Shown here in pieces: positions 49,146 through 59,429 of a stretch of DNA of 64,000 nucleotides. The stretch is from a virus: the IMG/VR virus record IMGVR_UViG_3300005613_002762, positions 85,191 to 149,190 of that record. One strand, given 5' to 3'. The translations under genes were made by a program, and so were the position numbers. Position 1 is the stretch's first letter. Every line of letters begins with the position of its first letter. The notes under the pieces are model-generated. The model was not told the origin of the DNA, searched no databases, and saw only the letters and a list, made by a program, of their open reading frames with translations.

Positions 49146-49760
49146 ATGGACTTAATTTTAACCGAATCCCAATTTATTAAATTATTAAAGGAAGAAAAAC
49201 AAGAAGAATTACACCAAGTTTTTAATGAATCAAGAAAATTCACAAAAAATTTAATTAAAGATGTTAAAAATCAATATGGTATTGATTTTAAATTTGCATT
49301 AACATGGGGATCTGTTATTGGTGGGTTTGTAGGTCCGATTAGTAGATATATGGAAGGTAAATACACAAATTTATCTCAGTCGGAAATTAATTTAATTTGT
49401 TTTGGTATCATTTTAACATTTTTCTTTGATAACAAAGAAAAATTAAAAGAAGTTTTAGAAATCATTAAAGAAAAAAAATTAGTCACCTTTTTTGATCGAG
49501 CGATTATGAAATCATTTGACTTGAAAGATGCATTTTTAAATTTCTTATCAAGTCTTAATTTAACATTTTCAAAAGTGTCAAATATGATGGCGTATACCTT
49601 TTTGGTTCCAGTTGTTCCATTACTTCTCGAATTACCCGATTTAAACGAAGAACAAATCTCACTAATAGCAACAGGAGTCGGACATTATATGGGTTCTTTA
49701 TTTTCTTCTAAAATAGTGTCAGAAGTTATTCAAAAAATGATCGAAAGGTTTAAATCTTAG
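49146..49760 (+). CDS. Leader-bearing protein with hydrophobic segments
   Basis: MDLILTESQFIKLLKEE; TATTTAT at ~49116. Confidence 0.6.
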   Translation: MDLILTESQFIKLLKEEKQEELHQVFNESRKFTKNLIKDVKNQYGIDFKFALTWGSVIGGFVGPISRYMEGKYTNLSQSEINLICFGIILTFFFDNKEKLKEVLEIIKEKKLVTFFDRAIMKSFDLKDAFLNFLSSLNLTFSKVSNMMAYTFLVPVVPLLLELPDLNEEQISLIATGVGHYMGSLFSSKIVSEVIQKMIERFKS

Positions 49761-50367
49761 AATTGTAATCTAAAATCATTTCAATAATCTTTTCTTGTTC
49801 TTTTTCGTTTAACTGGTGTATTTCCTTGTGTGTTCTAAACCAATTTCTAACAAGTTCCTCAAAAGGTCTTCGAGTTACTTTTTTCATTCTTCTAAACCCA
49901 TAAACTTGAGCATCAATTTCTTCAGGTTGGGAATAATATTCAAATGGTGGTAATTCTTCTTCCTCATCATCTTCATCACTAAAATCGAAAAGGTCAGTAT
50001 CTCTCTGATATAGGTGTCTTAATTCGTGAGCAATTATTTCATTTAACTCACCAATTAAATCATAAGTAATTTTTCTTTTATTTTTAGGGTTATATACAAT
50101 TTTAATTTCAATAACATTTTCATCTCTAACAAAAAAGGCGGTTGACATATAATCGTCCACATCATCAGACATTTCTAAAGTAAGTTCGACAGACACTGAA
50201 TTTTTTGGTGACCGATATTCCATTTCTTCACCATCTAAATCTTCAGGTAAATAAAATTCACCATCACCATTACTCTTATATATTTGTATAATATCCCTTA
50301 CTATTTGTCTAATAAGTTGTGTTTGTTCGGATTTTTCTAATATTAAGGATTTTTTAATTTCAATCAT
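49750..50367 (-). CDS. HExxH zinc-metallopeptidase-like protein
   Basis: 'IIAHELRHLYQ...YYSQPEEIDA'. Confidence 0.7.
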   Translation of the reverse strand: MIEIKKSLILEKSEQTQLIRQIVRDIIQIYKSNGDGEFYLPEDLDGEEMEYRSPKNSVSVELTLEMSDDVDDYMSTAFFVRDENVIEIKIVYNPKNKRKITYDLIGELNEIIAHELRHLYQRDTDLFDFSDEDDEEEELPPFEYYSQPEEIDAQVYGFRRMKKVTRRPFEELVRNWFRTHKEIHQLNEKEQEKIIEMILDYNSKI

Positions 50368-50426
50368 ATTGATAAATATTTCTTAAAAGTGTATTATTAA
50401 CTTAAATAACAAACTAAAAAAAATAC

Positions 50427-51395
50427 ATGAAAAAGAAATTTGATTTTGAAGATATTACCTTAATACCTCAATTTAGTTACGTAGGATCAAGATCCGAATG
50501 TGATACTAGTTGTGACTTCGGTGGACATAAATTCAAATTACCAATTACCCCATCCAATATGGAAAGTATAATTGATGAAAAATTAGCAATTAAACTATCC
50601 GAAAATGGATACTTTTACATAATGCATCGATTTGATATTGATCCAGTAAAATTCACACGTAAGATGCATAAAAAAGATTTAATTTCTTCAATATCCTTAG
50701 GTGTAAATGAAGAGTCATATAATTTTGTAGATCTTTTAATGAAAGAAAATTTGACACCCGATTTTATTACAATAGACATCGCTCATGGTCATTGTGTGAA
50801 AATGAAAAAAATGGTAAAATATATTAAAGAAAAGTTACCAAAAACATTTTTAATCGGGGGGAACGTGTCAACACCTGATGCGGTGATTGATTTACAAGAG
50901 TGGGGTTGTGATGCAATTAAATGTGGTATTGGTGGAGGATCCGCCTGCACAACATATCACTCAACCGGATTTGGTAATCGAGGGTGGCAAGCAAATATGA
51001 TTTTAGATTGTTGTAGGGTTTCAAAAGTTCCAATTATTGCCGATGGATCTATTAGACAACATAGTGATATTGTTAAAAGTTTAGTATTAGGTGCGACTAT
51101 GGTTATGGTTGGTGGAATGTTGGCAGGATATGAAGAATCTCCCGGTAAAAAAGTAAAAAATATGATCGATAATCGTTGGTATAAAGAATTTTGGGGTAGT
51201 GCATCATCATCACAAAAAGGAAAAACTAACAGAATTGAGGGGATAAAAAAATTGGTTGACTATAAAGACACTTCGATTTTTAATAAACTCACAGAAATTG
51301 AGGAATCTTTACAAAGTGCAATTTCATATGGTGGGGCGAATCCGGCTAATTTAGATTGTTTGAACACTGTTGAGTTTGCGATTAAAAAAAGTTAG
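50427..51395 (+). CDS. guaC: GMP reductase
   Basis: 'FDFEDITLIP', 'FYIMHRF', 'ITIDIAHGH', 'GIGGGSACTT', 'PIIADG', 'KEFWGSAS', 'LQSAISYGG'. Confidence 0.92.
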   Translation: MKKKFDFEDITLIPQFSYVGSRSECDTSCDFGGHKFKLPITPSNMESIIDEKLAIKLSENGYFYIMHRFDIDPVKFTRKMHKKDLISSISLGVNEESYNFVDLLMKENLTPDFITIDIAHGHCVKMKKMVKYIKEKLPKTFLIGGNVSTPDAVIDLQEWGCDAIKCGIGGGSACTTYHSTGFGNRGWQANMILDCCRVSKVPIIADGSIRQHSDIVKSLVLGATMVMVGGMLAGYEESPGKKVKNMIDNRWYKEFWGSASSSQKGKTNRIEGIKKLVDYKDTSIFNKLTEIEESLQSAISYGGANPANLDCLNTVEFAIKKS

Positions 51396-51414
51396 AACTT
51401 TATTAAATAATAGA

Positions 51415-52002
51415 TTACCAAGTTCTACAGGCCCAATATCTTGGTTTCCATCTTGGCCCTGGATTATCACAATTATGTCTAGCCCTGAAAGATCTTCGTC
51501 TTTCGGGGTTATTTTTTTTAATAACCATACGTTTTCCTTTGGCAGATTTACCACCAAAACCAAAGTTTACTTTCACAACCTTACCCTTGTCATTTTTGAC
51601 ATAGACTTTAAATTTTTTAACATCTCCTTGCATTATCTTACCAAGTTTTACTTTTCTACCTTGATATTCGGCTTCAGATAAAAAACTTTGATCCTCAACA
51701 GGAACTTCTAAATAAACAACTTGACCATTTTCAAGTATTACTTTTTTTCCCAAGTCAGATTCAACAATCCAACGGTCTTCCCCGTTTAAATAAATTAAAT
51801 CATTATTATACAAGTTTCTAACTTCATTAATTAAGTTAATAAATGATTTAGAGTATTCCTTAAATACATTTTCACTTAAAGGGATTTTTTTATCTAAATG
51901 GTATCTAAGTTCATCAGAAACTTTAACCCCTTTTTTTAGTTTCATTGGGTGATTGATTGATTCGAGTAAAACTCTTCTAACAACATTTTCTAAAATTCGC
52001 AT
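51415..52002 (-). CDS. Leader-bearing protein with basic Cys/Trp module
   Basis: 'LENVVRRVLLE'; 'LSEAEYQGRKV...RRSFRARHNCD..YWACRTW'. Confidence 0.65.
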   Translation of the reverse strand: MRILENVVRRVLLESINHPMKLKKGVKVSDELRYHLDKKIPLSENVFKEYSKSFINLINEVRNLYNNDLIYLNGEDRWIVESDLGKKVILENGQVVYLEVPVEDQSFLSEAEYQGRKVKLGKIMQGDVKKFKVYVKNDKGKVVKVNFGFGGKSAKGKRMVIKKNNPERRRSFRARHNCDNPGPRWKPRYWACRTW

Positions 52003-52055
52003 ACTATATGATATTTATTAATATAAATATTAAATGCCTTGTAAAAAATAATTGT

Positions 52056-52589
52056 ATGAGAACAATAAAAATAACTGAAAGTCAAATTCAAAAAATTGTA
52101 AGATCTGTTTTAACAGAAGAAGAAATGGAATCTTCTAAATCAAAAAAGAAAGATAAAAAGGCTCGTTGTATTCCTGAAAACGTAATACCTTTAGATGAAA
52201 TAGTTGGGAGATCCGATGAATTTTCAAAATATACACCAGGTATAACAAAAAGAGCCGCAGGTGTAAACTCTATGGTTGACACACTTGGTATTTTAAACAA
52301 TTTACGTTTGTTTAAAGATGTAAAAGATGGTGGATCACATTTGGCGTATGAAATGATGAATCACTTAAACAGATTTAGAAATAAAAACTATTATGACGAA
52401 ACTTCAGGTGGTTGTAATAAGGCCATGGACAAAGTAATTGAATTGTATAAAGAAAATGAGCACGGAACCGAACTTGTTAAAGATATTGAGAGGGTTTTAA
52501 AGTTACAAACTAAAGAAGATGAGTATACACCCTCACCAAGAGCTAAAGAGTATCTTAAACAATGTATAAACTTGATTAAAGGACTTTAA
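52056..52589 (+). CDS. Leader-bearing hypothetical protein
   Basis: MRTIKITESQIQKIVRSVLTEE. Confidence 0.65.
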   Translation: MRTIKITESQIQKIVRSVLTEEEMESSKSKKKDKKARCIPENVIPLDEIVGRSDEFSKYTPGITKRAAGVNSMVDTLGILNNLRLFKDVKDGGSHLAYEMMNHLNRFRNKNYYDETSGGCNKAMDKVIELYKENEHGTELVKDIERVLKLQTKEDEYTPSPRAKEYLKQCINLIKGL

Positions 52590-52591
52590 AA

Positions 52592-52840
52592 ATGACAAAA
52601 TTTAAAAAAATAACAGGTAGTTATTGGAAACCTACACCAAAAAAGTGGAGAAGAATCGGAGATTCTTTATTGGCAGTCGCTTCTGTTCTTGCGATTGGGG
52701 GTCTATGGCAATTTGACAACCTTAAAGACATATTCACATCCTTCGAAATTAAAGCTATGATAGTATCTTCAATAGCTTTAGGTGTGGTTGGTAAGTTTTT
52801 AACTAATTTTTTTAAGGAAGATACCTCTGAAGCTGAGTAA
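52592..52840 (+). CDS. Small two-TM membrane protein (holin-like)
   Basis: 'PTPKKWRRIGDSLL' followed by two TM segments. Confidence 0.55.
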   Translation: MTKFKKITGSYWKPTPKKWRRIGDSLLAVASVLAIGGLWQFDNLKDIFTSFEIKAMIVSSIALGVVGKFLTNFFKEDTSEAE

Positions 52841-52942
52841 AAATACCCCATTTTAAACGTAAAAACCCCCTATTTTGGGGGTTTTTTTGTATATATAAAG
52901 ACAAAAAATGACCAAAAACAGGTCTTTTTTGGGAGTTTTAAC

Positions 52943-53236
52943 CTATTTTTTATTCATTTTTTTAGCAATTTCACTCATTCTTTGGTTAAATTTGGTCATA
53001 TTTTGATTAATATTACCCATTTGACCACCAAAACTACCAATATTTTGATAAAAATCCTCTAAATTACCCAAATTTCCCATGTTTTCCATAAAATTTGGTG
53101 GATTTTGCATGTTTTTTAGGTCTTTTAGGGTGGAAAATAGTGATTTTCCATACTTTTTCCACCAATATATTAATAAAATGGTTGTAAAAAGGATAATTAT
53201 ACTAAAAACTAATAGAGAAACCGATAATAATGTCAT
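52943..53236 (-). CDS. Single-TM hypothetical protein
   Basis: N-terminal TM and an N/M/Q-rich tail. Confidence 0.55.
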   Translation of the reverse strand: MTLLSVSLLVFSIIILFTTILLIYWWKKYGKSLFSTLKDLKNMQNPPNFMENMGNLGNLEDFYQNIGSFGGQMGNINQNMTKFNQRMSEIAKKMNKK

Positions 53237-53308
53237 AATTTGTATGTTTTTATGAAAAAATCGTCAATATTTGTGATATAATCAAGTGTTTTAGTAAAAA
53301 AAACAGAA

Positions 53309-53968
53309 TTAATAACCCATAAAGTGTTTTACAAGTTCAGTTGAGAGTCTATTTACCCTATTTGTTGCTGATGCACCCGTAATTGTTTTATTATTACGTT
53401 CTAAATCAGTAACGGCAGCTGAAATCATGATATTTCTTACATTTTCAGACATTTCTAAGATTTTTTTTATCTTTTCTTCATCATTATCGTCCAATTCACG
53501 TTGCATTCGGTGTAAATTGAAGTATGCTGTCAGATAATCCTTAGTTTGACCTAAAAATTGACCTGATTGGAACATATTTACAATCCCTGACTGTCTAATC
53601 AATTCCAAATACTCCATAATATACTTCAAATCGGACTTTTTAAAGAGTCTTGACCATTCATGTCGATTAATTAACTCATCTAAGTCAGTAATTACACGAT
53701 TTCTAGCTTCATTTAGGTCATTTTGCGTGAATTCGGGGTCTAATATCCAAGAATCCGCCTCAGGAAGTAAAGAAAGGGTGCTAATTACCTTACCATCGTC
53801 ATCTAACCACTCTATATTATACATATAATTGGATCCACCACCAAAAGATGGGGCTTGACCAATACTTTTAACTCTTCCTTTGGTTCCTGTATCAATATCT
53901 TCACCTGGCATGTAGATTAAAACGATGCGATCACCTTCTTTTAACTCAGGATTTTTCTTTTTACTCAT
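53309..53968 (-). CDS. Hypothetical two-domain protein (DUF4314-like SH3 plus DUF5049-like)
   Basis: 'GDRIVLIYM..DTGTKGRV' and 'LELIRQSGIVNMF'. Confidence 0.55.
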   Translation of the reverse strand: MSKKKNPELKEGDRIVLIYMPGEDIDTGTKGRVKSIGQAPSFGGGSNYMYNIEWLDDDGKVISTLSLLPEADSWILDPEFTQNDLNEARNRVITDLDELINRHEWSRLFKKSDLKYIMEYLELIRQSGIVNMFQSGQFLGQTKDYLTAYFNLHRMQRELDDNDEEKIKKILEMSENVRNIMISAAVTDLERNNKTITGASATNRVNRLSTELVKHFMGY

Positions 53969-53983
53969 ATTAATAAATATCTA

Positions 53984-56440
53984 TTACCTAATAAGTGTAA
54001 AACTTCCTAAAAATTCTTTAATTTCATCAGTTTTAGGAACTTTAAACCTCATTTTCCACGTATAAACCCCATCTTGACAAGGAATATTGTTATATGTCCC
54101 ATCCCAACCTGTATTTGGGTTAAAAGATTCCCATATAATCTGTCCCCATCGGTTGTAAATCACAAAAGTATAGTTAAATATGTCAACTCCTGAGGTAATT
54201 ATTGGTTTAAATACGTTATTTCTTTCGTCTCCATTAGGTGTAAAGGCATTTGGGATGTAAAATACTTCATTTGGACACAATTCTAAGGTTATATTGAACG
54301 TTTGAGGGTTAGAAACACACCCATTGTCCCATCTTACACCCTGAAATGTGAATATTCCGTCCATATCCCATGTTACACTTAGAGTATTATTGGTAATTGT
54401 GTCTTCGAATAGATACCATTGGTTAAATCCACCACTCACGGACACTAAATCAAAGACATCACTTACCGTATCACCCTCACATATTTGATGATATACATTA
54501 TTTTCGTCAACAATCCCATTTGTCATTGGTAATATTATTGGTCTTGGGTATACTTGAACATTTATTGACGTATCAAACCAACATCCTGACTGAGTATAGT
54601 TGTAATTTACAAGATCAACACCAATAAAACCATTATTAGGACAATATTGATCGTTCCATACATTCATTCCACTGAAAATACCACCCGAAGGAGTTGCAAT
54701 TAGGTTAATACAATTGTCATATTCACAAAATGGACCCACTTGAGTGATCACAGGAAGAATATTTAACACATAAATGGTAAAAGTTTCAGGTGATGACTGA
54801 CATCCAAGTTGATTTTCACCAATAACAGATAAAGTATTAGTATAAAGACCACCATTTACACCAGTTACATCCAAATTTAGTTGATTTGTCCCTTGTCCTG
54901 TGGTGATATTCCCCATCGTGTTAGTCCATACGTAGTTTAGGTTAGGAAAAACACTTGAGACGTTATATAAATTGGTTGTGGAGTTAAAACAAACCGTGTC
55001 TAACCCTGTAATTGGGTTGATTGTCACCATTGGTGGATCAACTAACGTTGTTGTTTGCGTTGCAGGGCAGTTATTTGCGTCTGTAACGGTTACAGAATAA
55101 GTTCCTGAACATAAATTTGTTGTCGTTTGATTGGTTTGTCCGTTATCCCAAAGATATGTGTATGGTGCAAGACCATCAATAGGATTTACAATCGCAGATC
55201 CATCACAATATCCAAAACAAGTTGGATCTGTTGGTGTAATTGTTGGTAATTGTAACGGTGCCGGGTTTAATAATGTTGATGTTCCATTATAACTACAGCC
55301 AGTAGCGTCCGTTAGTGTAAATGTGTAGGTTCCTGAACAAAGATTATTTAACGTTAGTGTGTTTCCACCATTATCCCAACTTATATTGAATGGTTGAGTT
55401 CCGCCAACAGGACTAACAACGATAGTTCCATCACAACTATTATTACATAATGGATCTGTTGGTATTATATTTGGAACAGGAAGGTTTGGTGTGGGTAAAA
55501 CAAATACGGTATCAGGTCCCAAGTTTCCTCCACCAACATTACACGCCGACCATCCAGCATTACAAGTGGGATATACAGGAACACAAGTGTAATTAGCCCC
55601 TTGAGCCGGTGGAGTTACCGTAATTTGTAAACCAGTTCCAATTGGATTAGGATTACCCACTTGAAACCATGTGTAAATTGGGTTAACGACAGGTCCTGAT
55701 GGTGTATAACGATATGAATTGTTTACGGTTGTCCATTGTGTTGAGTTTCTACCAGGAACCGTAACAGCTTGAGTCCCTCCTGCGTTGTGAATACCCTGAA
55801 CTGCAGTTCCACCTGCCCATTGAGGACAATTTGGTTTATTTGCAATGTGATTTTCTATCACATTAGAAGACTCATATAACACAATATGAAAAGTTCCTTG
55901 TAAATTGGTGCAAGAAAACATTCTAACATTAATCCAACTAACCACGAGTTTACGACAAGGTGCTGTTCCTTGAACTTGATATCTGATTTGACCCCCCGAT
56001 AAACCAGGATTCCAATCTTGCCATGGACCCATAATACAATTTTTTGGAATATTAAACCCAGCACTTGGTATTGCTGCCGATGTGAATGTTGCTGGTTGAG
56101 CTCCAGCTCCCAAAGAAACCCATCCATTAGAACCAACTCTAAATTGTGTATAAGTTTGTCCGTAAAAACAAAACGTAAAACCAATATTATATACACCTGA
56201 TTGTGAGTCATCACTTAAAAAAACTTGAGTTCCATTGTTTACTTGAGCAACATATGGAATGTTTGTAACATTGTAGTTCGTTGTTTGATTAGGTTGAGAT
56301 CCAGGACCACATTGTGATAGATCGGCAGTTAAAGTTGCCTGTGTAACCCCACAAGGTAAAGTTTGGTTAGGTCCCAAATAAGGACAATACTGCGAATAAA
56401 TAAAAAGGGGGAATAAAAATAAAAGTAATAAGTTTTTCAT
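53984..56440 (-). CDS. T9SS type-B (gliding-motility-associated CTD) secreted protein with SprB-like repeats
   Basis: Signal peptide; 'GLAPYTYLW...NLCSGTYSVTVTDANNC' repeats; CTD 'YIPNAFTPNGDERNNVF...IYNRWGQ...WDGTY...GSFTLIR'. Confidence 0.9.
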   Translation of the reverse strand: MKNLLLLFLFPLFIYSQYCPYLGPNQTLPCGVTQATLTADLSQCGPGSQPNQTTNYNVTNIPYVAQVNNGTQVFLSDDSQSGVYNIGFTFCFYGQTYTQFRVGSNGWVSLGAGAQPATFTSAAIPSAGFNIPKNCIMGPWQDWNPGLSGGQIRYQVQGTAPCRKLVVSWINVRMFSCTNLQGTFHIVLYESSNVIENHIANKPNCPQWAGGTAVQGIHNAGGTQAVTVPGRNSTQWTTVNNSYRYTPSGPVVNPIYTWFQVGNPNPIGTGLQITVTPPAQGANYTCVPVYPTCNAGWSACNVGGGNLGPDTVFVLPTPNLPVPNIIPTDPLCNNSCDGTIVVSPVGGTQPFNISWDNGGNTLTLNNLCSGTYTFTLTDATGCSYNGTSTLLNPAPLQLPTITPTDPTCFGYCDGSAIVNPIDGLAPYTYLWDNGQTNQTTTNLCSGTYSVTVTDANNCPATQTTTLVDPPMVTINPITGLDTVCFNSTTNLYNVSSVFPNLNYVWTNTMGNITTGQGTNQLNLDVTGVNGGLYTNTLSVIGENQLGCQSSPETFTIYVLNILPVITQVGPFCEYDNCINLIATPSGGIFSGMNVWNDQYCPNNGFIGVDLVNYNYTQSGCWFDTSINVQVYPRPIILPMTNGIVDENNVYHQICEGDTVSDVFDLVSVSGGFNQWYLFEDTITNNTLSVTWDMDGIFTFQGVRWDNGCVSNPQTFNITLELCPNEVFYIPNAFTPNGDERNNVFKPIITSGVDIFNYTFVIYNRWGQIIWESFNPNTGWDGTYNNIPCQDGVYTWKMRFKVPKTDEIKEFLGSFTLIR

Positions 56441-56503
56441 GTGTTATATACGAGTTTAATTATTATAGGTTGTTAGTTTTTGAAAAGTAAAAGTGATCAT
56501 ATG

Positions 56504-56701
56504 CTAATTTGAAGATTTTTTTTCTTTCCATTCAAGGTAAATGGTATGAAAAACCATTAAATTAATCAACACACAAAAACAAGTTTCTAAAATCCAATGC
56601 CAATCAACTTGAGTAACACCCATATGAATACCAAACCACATGAATGAACCATACTTATTCATTAACGTAACATACAAATACTTTAAAAATTCTTTCATCA
56701 A
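56504..56701 (-). CDS. Small membrane protein
   Basis: 65 aa; TATTTAT at ~56705. Confidence 0.5.
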   Translation of the reverse strand: MMKEFLKYLYVTLMNKYGSFMWFGIHMGVTQVDWHWILETCFCVLINLMVFHTIYLEWKEKKSSN

Positions 56702-56764
56702 TCAATAAATATCATTTTACAATACTATTTTTTATTGTTAAGTTTTAACCAAATTAAAAAAAAT

Positions 56765-57190
56765 ATGAAAAAAGTTGATTTAAACAGCTCCGTGACTGTT
56801 AATTACACGGGAAGATTAGAAGATGGGACTATTTTTGATTCATCATTAACTGATGGTAGAGAACCATTATCAGCAACTTTAGGGCAAGGATCTCTAATTC
56901 AAGGGTTTGAAAAAGGTTTAATTGGGATGTCCGAAGGAGAAACCAAAACAGTTAACATACCTTTTGACGAGGCTTATGGTGGTGTTAATCCTGATTTAAT
57001 TGCTGAGGTTACAAAAGATCGAGCACCTGAAGGAGTTCAAGAAGGTCAAATGTTACAGACCATGACCAATCAAGGTCCTTTAAATGTTACGGTAAAAGAA
57101 ATTAAAGAAGAAACTATTGTGATCGATGGTAATCACCCATTGGCCGGTAAAGATTTAATTTTTGATTTAGAAGTTATTTCGGTTCAATAA
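56765..57190 (+). CDS. FKBP-type peptidyl-prolyl isomerase (SlyD/FkpB-like, with IF domain)
   Basis: 'VNYTGRLEDGTIFDSS', 'LIQGFEKGL', 'DGNHPLAGKDLIFDLEV'. Confidence 0.92.
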   Translation: MKKVDLNSSVTVNYTGRLEDGTIFDSSLTDGREPLSATLGQGSLIQGFEKGLIGMSEGETKTVNIPFDEAYGGVNPDLIAEVTKDRAPEGVQEGQMLQTMTNQGPLNVTVKEIKEETIVIDGNHPLAGKDLIFDLEVISVQ

Positions 57191-57255
57191 TTTTTTTATT
57201 ATCAAATAATTTATTATATTTGTTTTTATATAAAACAATTAAAATATTTATTGAT

Positions 57256-57582
57256 ATGATGAAATTACAAAAGGAAGTTGATTTGTATAAAGACTTACCA
57301 AAGAAAAAATTAAAAAAAATAATCAGACAATACAAATTTTTGTCTTTTTCAAATTCAGAGTTGTATTATTTTTTATACACAATGTTAACTTTTGGTGGGA
57401 CTTTTCTATTCTTTTTTGGGGTTTCGTATAATACCATATTTGTTATGTTTTTATTACATTACATTTTTTATTGGGAAATACTTTACAAAACAACTAATTT
57501 TAAATCTTTAGATAAAAAAGAAAAAGAAGAGATTGATCAGATTATAGAAATTTTACAAAAACATCTTAAAGATAAGGAATAA
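57256..57582 (+). CDS. Membrane hypothetical protein
   Basis: Two TM segments; TATATTTG at 57215-57222. Confidence 0.5.
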   Translation: MMKLQKEVDLYKDLPKKKLKKIIRQYKFLSFSNSELYYFLYTMLTFGGTFLFFFGVSYNTIFVMFLLHYIFYWEILYKTTNFKSLDKKEKEEIDQIIEILQKHLKDKE

Positions 57583-57633
57583 AAAAACCCCTCGTTATTG
57601 AGGGGATTTTTTATTTAATTACATTCTGAATTA

Positions 57634-58227
57634 TTATCTAAGTCTTTCTGATCTATCAGCGGCTCCTTTTAATGCCATAACTAAACCAGCAATCAATACT
57701 GCCGTGCTAACAGGTCCACCACCCATTTTGTCAACATAATCATGAAGTTGAACCATAAGTTCACCAGCGTCAGTATATCCCATTGCTTGACTAATCATTC
57801 CGAGCATTCCTGCTCCCATCATTCCAATACCTCCACGCATCATGGCTTTTTCTTTGAATGATTTCATTCTGTCTGAAATATCTTCTCTTAAAAACATTTC
57901 GGTCAAACCTTCAGTTTTTTGATTGATAACCATATCCTCAAGATTTTCGATTTCATCACTATCTAATCTTCTTAGTTTTCTTTTAAAGAAGTTAGCAACC
58001 GCATGAACAGTGTCTTCTTTTGACATCCCGTCATTTTCTTCATCATCTGACATACTCATGTCGTCTGACATACTCATGTCGTCTGACATACTCATGTCGT
58101 CTGACATACTCATGTCGTCTGACATACTCATGTCGTCTGACATTCTCATTTCTTCTTGAGTTTCTTTAACGAGTCTTCTTACTAAAGAATGAAACTCTGA
58201 TTCTGTAAGTCTAATTTTTCTTTTCAT
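57634..58227 (-). CDS. Leader-bearing Met-rich protein with C-terminal hydrophobic helices
   Basis: MKRKIRLTESEFHSLVRRLVKE. Confidence 0.65.
   Translation of the reverse strand: MKRKIRLTESEFHSLVRRLVKETQEEMRMSDDMSMSDDMSMSDDMSMSDDMSMSDDMSMSDDEENDGMSKEDTVHAVANFFKRKLRRLDSDEIENLEDMVINQKTEGLTEMFLREDISDRMKSFKEKAMMRGGIGMMGAGMLGMISQAMGYTDAGELMVQLHDYVDKMGGGPVSTAVLIAGLVMALKGAADRSERLR
58046..58149 (-). repeat. 18-bp perfect tandem repeat x5 (+ partial), encoding (MSDDMS)n
   Basis: tctgacatactcatgtcg x5 at 58046-58135. Confidence 0.95.
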
Positions 58228-58272
58228 TTTAAATTATTTTATTTATAAATACTTATGTTTTTAAAAAAAACT

Positions 58273-59025
58273 TTATTTTATTATTTTATCACTCATAGGT
58301 AGTTTTAAACCCTTAGTTTTACCCCAATTATAGATTACCTTTTTAAGCTCACTTACATGTTTTGTTGGAACTTTAGTGCAAACTCTTGATTGCGATGTTT
58401 TTACGGGTATTGGATAGATATCATCTCTTTCAGGAAAATTTTTATCGTAAATTTTAGGTGATGTTCTTGTGTTATCACCAATGTCACCTTTAGGTTCAAC
58501 AAATAACGATCCTGCACCTACAATATCTAAAGTAACATTTTGATTTTCTTCTTTATCTGAATCCCCAACCGTATAGTTACCAGCAACAAATTTCAAGTTT
58601 GATAAACCTAAACCTTTCAAAAAGGAAATCATATTATCTCGTCTTTTTTTCGCCAACTCAGTATTCTTTTCCTTTGCTTGACTTGAGCTTGCAGGATATG
58701 ATCCCCAATCAGTGTTTGACGATTTTCCATTTACAGTTACAGTTCCACCACCACTAGATTGAATTTTTGTTAATAGAGTTACAATATCTTTTATTTTTTG
58801 ATTTGATTTATCAATTTGATCTTTACCTAACTTAAATACGTTTGATCCTGACGCACCAATTGTAATTGGTATATTTCTACCCTTGATTCTTTCCCAAGAT
58901 GCGGTATTAACATTTTTTGAGTTAATATCTGTCTGTAATGATAGTGGGATGATAGCGTCTTCAGAAATTATTTTTCTAACAATATTATTAAGTTGACTTT
59001 CTGTTATTTTAACTGTTCTATTCAT
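58273..59025 (-). CDS. Leader-bearing protein with OmpA-like (peptidoglycan-binding) domain
   Basis: MNRTVKITESQLNNIVRKIISE; 'VTVNGKSSN...NTELAKKRRDNMISFL...ENQNV'. Confidence 0.55.
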   Translation of the reverse strand: MNRTVKITESQLNNIVRKIISEDAIIPLSLQTDINSKNVNTASWERIKGRNIPITIGASGSNVFKLGKDQIDKSNQKIKDIVTLLTKIQSSGGGTVTVNGKSSNTDWGSYPASSSQAKEKNTELAKKRRDNMISFLKGLGLSNLKFVAGNYTVGDSDKEENQNVTLDIVGAGSLFVEPKGDIGDNTRTSPKIYDKNFPERDDIYPIPVKTSQSRVCTKVPTKHVSELKKVIYNWGKTKGLKLPMSDKIIK

Positions 59026-59076
59026 AAAAATATTTTATTAATAAATATCAATAAATAAAAAAAAAAACACATAGTT

Positions 59077-59418
59077 TTATTTTTTTACAAAACAAAATGG
59101 TTTTCCATCTTTTATTAATGTAAGTCCTAATTCACTAGACGGATCATTTGGGTTATAAATAACATCAACATTATTAACTCTTTTTTGAGTCTCGTCTTTT
59201 AAACTGTTTTTATCGAATGAAACCATATTGATATTTGATTTCATAAGTGCGGTAAAACAATCAGGAAGAATATTAGGATCTGGAATTGGTCGTCTATAAT
59301 CCATTTTATCGGGTTGAACTCCAGGTAAATTAGAAAAAACACTTTGTTCTTGTAATAATTGTTTTTTTTTCTCTATCAAAGAATTCTTAAATTCCAATAA
59401 CTCGTCTCTTACACTCAT
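59077..59418 (-). CDS. Late hypothetical protein
   Basis: MSVRDELLE...LLQEQ; TATTTAT at ~59423. Confidence 0.55.
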   Translation of the reverse strand: MSVRDELLEFKNSLIEKKKQLLQEQSVFSNLPGVQPDKMDYRRPIPDPNILPDCFTALMKSNINMVSFDKNSLKDETQKRVNNVDVIYNPNDPSSELGLTLIKDGKPFCFVKK

Positions 59419-59429
59419 ATTAATAAATA

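Noticed and set aside
58046-58149. Possible CRISPR array
   Set aside because: Head-to-tail 18-bp repeats with no spacers, in frame inside a CDS; no cas genes in the window
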